Assembly (NCBI GenBank): GCA_030141605.1
Contig: JAQGDQ010000203.1
Location: 332,565 to 396,564 of the forward strand
Source of the DNA: Tubiluchus corallicola
Taxonomy: Eukaryota > Animalia > Priapulida
Reading direction: 5' to 3'
Length of the DNA: 64,000 nucleotides
A program made the position numbers and the translations under genes. This document shows, one piece after another, positions 55,920-64,000 of this stretch (within the stretch, counting starts at the first letter, position 1; every line of letters begins with the position of its first letter). A model generated the notes under the pieces. The model made no database searches, had not been told where the DNA came from, and worked only from the letters and a program-made list of their open reading frames with translations.

Positions 55920-57047
55920 ATGGAGAAGTCTCGTGATGCAAGGTCCGTTGACTTGGACAATAATCCTAAACATCTAAAGCAAGAAGAGGAGATAAACACT
56001 GAGTCACCTCCCACAAGTGGCAATAACTTCAATGTTATTTTTGAAACTGGTTTGTATCAGCAACTAAGGCCACTGTTGACAAGCGCAATGTTTTTTGGTC
56101 TCTTTCATATTCCTAACTGCAGAAAGAAAAATGCACTATTTGGACTTGTATTGTTGTGCTCTCGTAGCACCATTTGGTCATTAATTAATCTGATCTTTGT
56201 CACTTCAACAACTGTGCTCTTGTTTCTGATTGATTATGAGGATATTGAGACAGTGATACTCACAACGCCAACAGGAATTGCAAAAATGTTTGTCATTTTA
56301 ATGCAGGCAACATTATCTTTGATAAGATGGCTGATCTTCTTTGCTGGTCTCAGAATGGCACACATTATGGAAAAATCATATGAGGTTCAAGAAGCAGAAA
56401 AAATCTATTCTTCTCTTATTCCTACAAAAAAGAACAAGAAGAAAAATTTCGAGAAAAGAATGGTATGGAGCCTGACTGTATTTGGATGGATTGTTATTTT
56501 TTACTCGTCTGTCAAGGAAGTTTTTGTTTTCTGTGAGATATTTGTGGAAGATCTGGAAAAGGGAGCCATTTTTGACATTGTGGCGATAATCATACTTTTC
56601 CTGTATGACAAATTTCTGTTGGCAACCGTCATGTTTCCCGCATTTACCATAACGAGTTTATCTTTTATATTAAAGACTAATCAAAATTTGGCACTGAAAA
56701 TGGAAAATCTCTCAGATGAAGAGATTATGTTATTTTTGAAAAGGCAAACGAAGTATGTTCATCTGGTCAAGGCCATAGACAACGTCATATCTCCGACATT
56801 GTTGATGATCTGTCTGGCAAGTTTTATGGTAGTTGTGGTACAAATTTATCTTTTCAGTCACAATTTCTATTCTGGCATTCCCCCAGGTCATCTGCAGCAA
56901 TATTTGTATGTCTACTCTACCATGCAGTCTGTATCATTTCTGATGATTCTGGTTAGCTGTACAGCAGTACATGAAAGCGTTATGGAGGCTGAAACAAAGT
57001 TACATGAGTTGAATAAAGAAAGTCTGGGGGACACAGTACGTTATGAA
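55920..57047 (+). CDS. GR/GRL 7TM chemoreceptor, variable exon V5 (second array)
   Basis: 376 codons from the ATG to TVRYE, donor GAA|gtaagt (phase 0); closest to V4. Confidence 0.85.
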
Positions 57048-57399
57048 GTAAGTTTTTATCATTACCTTGCTGAAGACATTTATAAATGTCCCTCTTGTTT
57101 ACAAGTATGAAGACGATAGTCTAAATGGTAGATTATCTTAAAGAAACGGCCCCAAATGATGGTAATCGTGAACAGAAAGATGTTTTCTTAAAAATGTTTA
57201 TTTATTTTTCACATTATGCGTGCAATCCAACAGTAACAAAACAAAATTCATGCTTGTGAAGCAGCAGTGAGCTAAGGTAATTACGAAAATGTATGAAGAA
57301 ATATCAAGATTAGCAAAGAAAATAAGCAAACAGATTGATTAAACTGTCATATTCCAAATTACTCAAAACAAGCGTTCTAGAGTTATCGAAAGTCAGCAC

Positions 57400-57700
57400 C
57401 AACGAGGTGCATCAGTGGCTTTGTATGAAATGCACAATAGTTAAATGTTTAGAAATTTTGATAGTGTACCACGTGAACACCCAGAATCTCCCATTCTCCC
57501 AGGAAGCTTTAAAAATTCCCCCACGTACATCAGTTTTGGACCACATAAGCAACGCTATACAGCAACTAAATAATAATAACTTCAGCATAGACGTGTTACG
57601 TGATGACACCAGCAAAGGTGTTGATATATATTTTTGAGCTGATCGTTTTGCCCAACTGCTACAATGTGTTAAATTGTTAGGGTACTCTAAACTTGCTGAA
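57400..57700 (+). mobile_element. Highly decayed LINE reverse transcriptase fragment
   Basis: KCLEILIVYHVNTQNL...LDHI...SIDVLRDDTSKGVD resembles RT blocks K.LE.II...HL..NNL and VD.I.LDFSKAFD. Confidence 0.4.
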
Positions 57701-58199
57701 CTATCTTCGTGTGACATCTTCAGCTCAGGTACCCTCAGCGAGTACTTCGTGACCGTGTTCAATACTCTCTCTTGGAGGTTTCATTTAGTATACTATTTTA
57801 AGCTGCCTACTTTGCTGGTTGAGGATAGTTCACCTCTGCCAGCTTAGTGACTTATCTCTGAGAGTTAACATTGAAATAAATTAGGCTCTGGTCTCTTACC
57901 ACAAATATAACAACGAATAGGCCCTGATCTATTCGATGTTTATTCGTTTTCCTACAAAGAGAATCATCTATAAAGCAGCTTATCCAAAGATTTTCTGAAC
58001 TTATTACGCGATAGTATGCCAGCTGACCACCCATCGGTGGACAAGTTAAATAAGATACTGTTATTGTTTCGCCTAGCTAAGATGCTTACAATGACAAGCA
58101 AGAGAGAATATGGTCTTACGTATTTACAGAAATATGATGATAAAGGCTTGAAATCTTAAATTACCCAACTATATTTGCCTGTTAGTCTTAATAATGTGC

Positions 58200-58790
58200 A
58201 CTTGTGTTAATAGAGTTTGGCAACTAAAAGTTTAGCTTTATCGACCATCAGAAAGTTTTGAAATTAACATATGGGGCTAGTAATTCAATTACTTTACTCA
58301 TGTAAGGTAATCTTATAGCATTGTAAAATGGACATGTTAATAAATAAAACAACTCATCTCTACTTTCTTAAAACTACTGATTAAAGATTTGTTTCTAGTA
58401 TCAATGGAAAGCTTATTGCATTCATTTATATAAGACAGGAAGAAACTTGATTGAAAGTAGTTAGAATTGCAAGACATTAACGACAAATTTTCACTATTAT
58501 GCAAATTATAATAAGTTCTATCATAAACATGTAGCACAAGTAGAGAAGTAAGGTAACACGGAGAAGCTCCTTTAACTATTTTATAAAATAAAAGCATTTT
58601 ATGAATGTATCTTTTGTGTGACATGTTTTCCCAAGAAAGATCTTTCAGCAATTTCTCACCGTATGTAACAAAAACAGCCCCTGTCACTACTAACGAAGCA
58701 TGGTACTGAATTTGCTCAACAACTAGAACACTTGCTTCTGAACAATATTTTAGCAATCACAGTATTCAAATGAGAGGATGAGGAAAAATA
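58200..58790 (-). mobile_element. CR1-type LINE 3' ORF2 fragment
   Basis: EQIQYHASLVVTGA...EKLLKDLSWE...LFYKIVKG.SP.YL...SSFF...NKL matches typical CR1 C-terminal motifs. Confidence 0.8.
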
Positions 58791-59639
58791 ACTATAATAT
58801 AATATGTTGGGATTTAACGCTGGATATCAGCTCTGAAAAGAAGTCGAGTTAATTACTCTTAGGCGCAGTTTGCAGTTGCACTCAAAGGGATAGACGGCAG
58901 CACATGTCCATTGAGTAAATGAAGCCAGTATTAAGGAATCAGAATCAGAATCAGTGTAAGTTAAGGAAGAATCAGAATCAGTATTAAGTTAAGGGGCGAG
59001 GTCGACTTGTGCGAGCATCAAGTGAAAAATAGTCAAGTTAAAGTCGACCAATACTTTGGTGCTGTCAAGGCACTGAGTCAGTAGGAGAATAAAGAAGTGA
59101 AGTGCGAAAGAATAAAGTATTCAAATATTGGGTGTACCCAAAAACGATGTTGTCACTTCCTGTATCGCCTACTTTCTTCTAGAATTTTGCAGTATAATTT
59201 TGGCGGACAGAAAAGTTAATAATCTGTGCAGAGGATTGTTAATAATCGGTTTTAGTGGTTTTACGTAGTGCGCTCTTCAGTGAAAAACTGTATCATTTAA
59301 ATTTGCTAATCCATGGTTAAAACCTAAGTAACAAATTGTCAATTATTCTTTTTCGAAAATTAAAGACATCGCATCCTTGAATTTTTTTAAATATGTATTC
59401 GATTCAAGATTTTCGTATTTAAGTTTGTGTAAATTTGTTTTTTATAATTATTATTTCTATAGTTACTCAATTGGACCCAAATACCTGCTAGACCCCAAAG
59501 TCATTCAGTACGATTCCGGCTCCTAAACGCAACCATACGAATGGCAAGACTATAATTGTTTGATTGGCCAGATATTAGTAACCGTGTCATTCTGGTATCG
59601 TTCACGTTGCTAGTAAAACAGCAAAGAAGCGAAATTAAT

Positions 59640-60365
59640 AATAATAATAATAAAAAAATAAAAAATAAAATAATTATTATAATTATAATAATAATAATAG
59701 TAACCTTTATTTAAAGTCAGCATTAAATTCAAAAGACAACACAAGTCTGCCACGACGCTTTTGTGGTTTCTATCTCTAATGACCAGTGTTGAAATGCTCA
59801 AATCTTTCTGTGCAAAATCTAAATATGCTAACGTTTGTCCGCCTGCTGTCCTTTCTGGCTGGTTCTATCGTTTGCTGAAGACCTTTAATGAATTAGTTTC
59901 AGGTAGTCAAAGCATATGACCATAGTACCTGGAATATTAATGGTGCATTTTATAGAGTTGGGAATAACACTGTCTCAAAATTTAATGAAGATGGCTTTGT
60001 GGCCTATTTGCCAGTGACATTATTTGTCTAATTGAAGCACATTCTAATTCTAGTCCACAGATTATGCTTAAAATCTATACATGTGTACAAAATTGTCATC
60101 CCAATTCAGATAAGCGCCATTTTGGAGATTGTTCTAGTGAAGAATTCAATTCGCCGCGGTGCAAAATCCATTGACAGTAAATGTTCCGAATATATTTCGT
60201 TAAAATGTTAAAAGATTTCTTTGATCTTGAAAGAGATGTGTATATCAGTGCAACATATGGTATCACCAAGGGATGCGTCTTTTAATTTGCGAAATAATTT
60301 GGATGTTTTTACTTTATTAAAAAATGATATTATTAAATTTAGAATGCAAGATGAACCTGATTTCA
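59640..60365 (-). mobile_element. Older decayed LINE 3' portion, abutting the younger LINE
   Basis: The minus strand ends aataaaggttactattattattat (poly-A signal plus TAT tail). LSELGW-like and LYKMHH-like remnants lie upstream. Confidence 0.45.
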
Positions 60366-60369
60366 TTTT

Positions 60370-63300
60370 ATATATATATATATATATATAATAATCTTTA
60401 TTTGCCATTAAAAACATTGATAATCACTGATAAAAACTTTATAGAGATAATCAATCAGTGTTAGTTAATAAAAACTTACACTGCTGAAGGCAAATGCGTC
60501 AGTGCAATCTAAACTACTGTGCAGTAATGACGAATAAAAGCAAACATATTTACAACTATACACAAAAAAATATAAAAAAAACTATGATTTAATTAATATG
60601 GCCGTGGGTATATGAATTCGGAATTAGTGTGTATGTTGTCGTACTGGTGTGATGGTATTTCATATCTGGTTAATATTAGTGATTTTAATTTTGTTTTAAA
60701 TGCTGATAGGGACTTGATTTGTTTAACCTGTAATGGTAGAGAATTCCAAAGTAAAATTGCTTGTTTGATTACAGAGTTCGTTCCATAGTGGGTATTTGTC
60801 CTAATTTGTTTTAGATTGCTTGTTCTGGAATTAACGATAGGATTTGGAAAAAAGATAAATCTGTTATTCTGGAATGGTTTGCTGATGTTGTTAATATATT
60901 TATATATAAAAAGCAGAGTAAAATATTCTTTGTGTGCTTCAATGATTGGGAATTTTAAAGTTTTTCTCAGGTTAGTTGTTGAAGCTTTGAATTTTTGTCT
61001 ACTTGCCTTGTGTTTGTATGAGTACCCAGCTATCAATCTCAACGCATAGTTTTGAAGGAGATTTAATTTTAAGTAATTTTCTCTTTTGGTTTTTTGAAGT
61101 AGCGTACATCCATATAAGAAGTGTGGTAGAACTAAAGTTTTATATATTAGTGTTTTAGTTTCCTTTGTTAGTTGCCCTTTAACTTGTCGGAGATATGATG
61201 TGCTAGATGCCATTTTTGTGTATATGTTATTAAAGTGATCATCCCATGAAAGATTATTGTCTACTTGTATGCCCAGGAATTTAACATTGTTAGTTTTTTT
61301 TGATTACAGCATTATCTATTGTCAAAGTGGTTGATGATGCATCATTAGTATTTAATGAGGGTGACAGTATCATGAATTCTGTTTTGTCATTATTCATTTT
61401 TAGCTTGTAATGACTAAATGCCATATTTATATTTTTTATATCTTCTTCTAAATAATTTTTTGCAGTTTGGACATTTTCATGGGCTATGTAGATTGTAGTG
61501 TCATCAGCGTATTGCGTTATTTGTGAGTGTTTTAATACACTGGATATGTTGTTTATATATAGGCAAAATAATAACGGACCTAGTAGTGTTCCTTGCGGTA
61601 TACCTCTGTTTAACGTGGCCCAGTCAGAAAAGTTGGTTGTATCTAACTTTACTCGTTGTTGTCTATCTTTGAGATAATTTTGTATCAGTTTTAACGATAT
61701 CGAATCTAATCCGATTTGTTTTAAATTATCGTAAAGTAGTTCGTGATTAATGCTATCGAAAGCTTTACTTAAATCCAAAAATGCTGCTAAAATGTATTGC
61801 TTGTTGTCTAAACTATGTCTCCAATTTTCTGTTGTGTGTATTAGGGCGTCAATGGTTGAATGATGTTTACGGAAGCCAAACTGATGTTTTGATAAAAGTT
61901 CATGTTTATTTACATATGAATTTATCTGATCATAAATTACCCTTTCCCAAACTTTGCCGAAACAATGGATTACGGAAATTGGGCGATAATTCATGGGATC
62001 ACATTTTGGATCTTTTTTATGGATTGGAGTCACATTTGCCATTTTACATACCGTTGGAAATTTGCCTCTCATAATTATCTGATTAGCAATGTAAGTCATA
62101 TGCGGGGCTATTACAGATGCGCTATCTTTTAGAATTTTGATAGGAATATCTGATGGTCCACTCCCTTTGTTGGAACTTAGGTTATTTAATATGTCGTTAA
62201 TTTCTCCTACTGTGACGCTTTTGAATGAGAATACTGTGTTAGACGATTTGTTTTTTAATTTATTAATTATATTATTGCTAATATGAGAAGCCACTCCCTT
62301 AAAATTTCCAAGATTCAGGAATATTGCATTTAACGCGTTGGCAATATCTTTGGGTTTTGTAATAACAGTGTTGTTGATCTTAATTTCGTCAACACGCGTT
62401 AGTTTGTTACGGCATTTATTTATTACATTGTTAATAATTTTCCATTTTTCTTTGGTATTTGTTGCGTTTTTACATTGTTGTTGTATATGTTTATTTTTCA
62501 AGCATTTATTAAGATTATTAAATTGATTTCTCTTTTTTTTATAATTGTTATGATTGTTTTTAGTTTTGTTCTTTTCCCATATATTATACATTCTGTTTTT
62601 CGCTATTCTTAGTTTGCCAAGTTCAGGTGTTGTCCAGGTACTTTCGTTATTGAGTTTGCTTTGTTGTGGGATTTGCTTTACGTTTTTATATGGTGCATGT
62701 ACATTAAGGCAATATTCGACATTATATGTCAGAATATTAACTTGTGTATCTATTTTATCAGTCATATATATGGAGGTCCAGTTCATTTTTGCTAAGTCGA
62801 TTAAGTATGAATGTTTGTTGTATTGGGCGTAGTCTCTCATTAAATGCCAGACTGAATTTTGGTTATTATTATGCTGTGGGGTCATTTATCTACTAATATT
62901 GTGAAATGATGATCTGAATAATCACACGGGAAAGTATCATATGCTACGAAATTATTGTTACTATTCGAAATGAAATGGTCGATTACTGTAGCTGATGTTT
63001 TAGAAATTCGAGTAGGTTTATTGTTGTTAAGTATGTGGACATTATATTGTTTTAAAAGCTCTGTGTATGTTTTGTATGCCAGTGTGTTTGTAGCTAAAAT
63101 ATCAAGGTTGAAATCGCCCATTATAAGAACTTTTTTATTTTCGAAAACACTGCGTTCTAGTTCTTCACTAAAGTATTTGAAAAATGTTTTGTGTTTGAGA
63201 TTGGGTGGTCTATATATGGTTCCTATTACATAGTTCTCAATGCTGCACCAAACAGATTCAATCTTGCCGGTTCTGATGCCTTTCATTTCTTGTGGTCTCA

Positions 63301-64000
63301 GGTGTGAAGGTATATACATTGCAACCCCTCCACCTTTCTTATTTTTACATCTATCTCTTCTTATTAATGTGTGATTAGGTAATTCTATAGTGTTGCTAAG
63401 TATTTGTTTATGTAGCCAAGTTTCTGTTGTGCCTACAATCAGATTTTCGGTGGCGTGAATTGTATCTTTCAGCAGCCAGTGTTTTTTGACGAGACTTTGA
63501 ATATTTATATTTAGAAATTTGATGTTCTTTTTATAAGTAATCATGCATTTTTTTAGCTCATCACTGGTATTATTATTGTTGGTGTTATTATTATTATTAT
63601 TTGGCAAAATGGGTCCAGGGTTAGTTGCGATACCACCAAGTATAAGTAGTAAACGAATTATGGTTAAAATGTAAGCCAGTTCAGAACATGAGTATAGAGT
63701 GCTTTCAAATTTAGATGAAATCTGTAATTTTTCCAATTTTTTTAGAGCTACGTATTTTAGATTGACATGACGCATTTGTCTTATAGCACTGAGGTACACA
63801 ACTTTTAAGATGGATACAAATCTTTTTAAAATAAATTGCATAGAGTGTCTTATTCTATCGCTATTTACAGGAAAAGCAATGAAAAAGTTGTTTAAATTAC
63901 CTTTAGTCATTACATTACAAATTACTGTTACGTAGATCATTTTCAGTTTTAGTATGGATAGTAATGTACGTAGAATAACTAAGACGTAAGCATAGTTACA
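60370..64000 (-). mobile_element. Young CR1/L2-group LINE: APE endonuclease plus reverse transcriptase ORF2, 3' UTR and (TA)n tail; 5' end probably beyond the window
   Basis: APE motifs NINIQSL, TETWL, GGGVAMYI, IYRPP, MGDFN, IDH, SDH. RT motifs NYRPIS, QFGFR, DLSKAFD, GIPQGTLLGPLLF, YADDT, KFLGI. The 3' end is aataaagattat(ta)n at ~60370-60403. Confidence 0.95.
60593..63940 (-). pseudogene. LINE ORF2 (EN-RT) split by two single-base frameshifts (~62885 and ~61295)
   Basis: ORFs 62882-63940, 61290-62885 and 60593-61213 join into one frame if the A3 run at 62885-62887 is A4 and the A8 run at 61294-61301 is A7 (giving ...KKTNNVKFLGIQVDNNLSWDDH...). Confidence 0.88.

Noticed and set aside
57335-57847. 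Possible sixth degenerate variable exon (LLQCVKLLG resembles LLQSAKVFG)
   Set aside because: The surrounding residues fit a decayed LINE RT better, no TM series follows and there is no RYE donor.
59893-60030. Acceptor tttcag|GTAGTC as a constant exon for V4/V5
   Set aside because: It translates to VVKAYDHSTWNINGAF..., with no C1/C2 similarity, and lies in an antisense LINE remnant.

Overview
This is AT-rich invertebrate animal genomic DNA with spliceosomal splice sites, microsatellites, LINEs, MITEs and SINEs; the species cannot be assigned from the sequence. The first ~25 kb is non-coding and repeat-rich. Next come an internally deleted pogo-like DNA transposon, an intronless Shaker/Kv1 potassium channel, a decayed LINE and an intronless BTB-BACK-MATH gene. 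The main finding is at 41.8-57.1 kb: five paralogous ~1.1-1.2 kb exons of gustatory-receptor-like (GR/GRL, 7TM ion-channel chemoreceptor) proteins. Each ends at the same phase-0 splice donor (...R-Y-E|gt) and lacks TM7. I found only one set of terminal exons (50166-50255 and 50884-51045, carrying the T-F-x5-Q-F signature), and it lies downstream of the first three. This suggests a clustered variable-exon/shared-constant-exon receptor locus with protocadherin/UGT1-like architecture, and the 3' ends of neighbouring variable exons look homogenised by gene conversion. A second variable array follows, and I found no constant exons for it in the window. The window ends in a young, nearly intact CR1/L2-type LINE carrying a 2A-like NPGP peptide. 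All calls were made by eye; no database searches were run.
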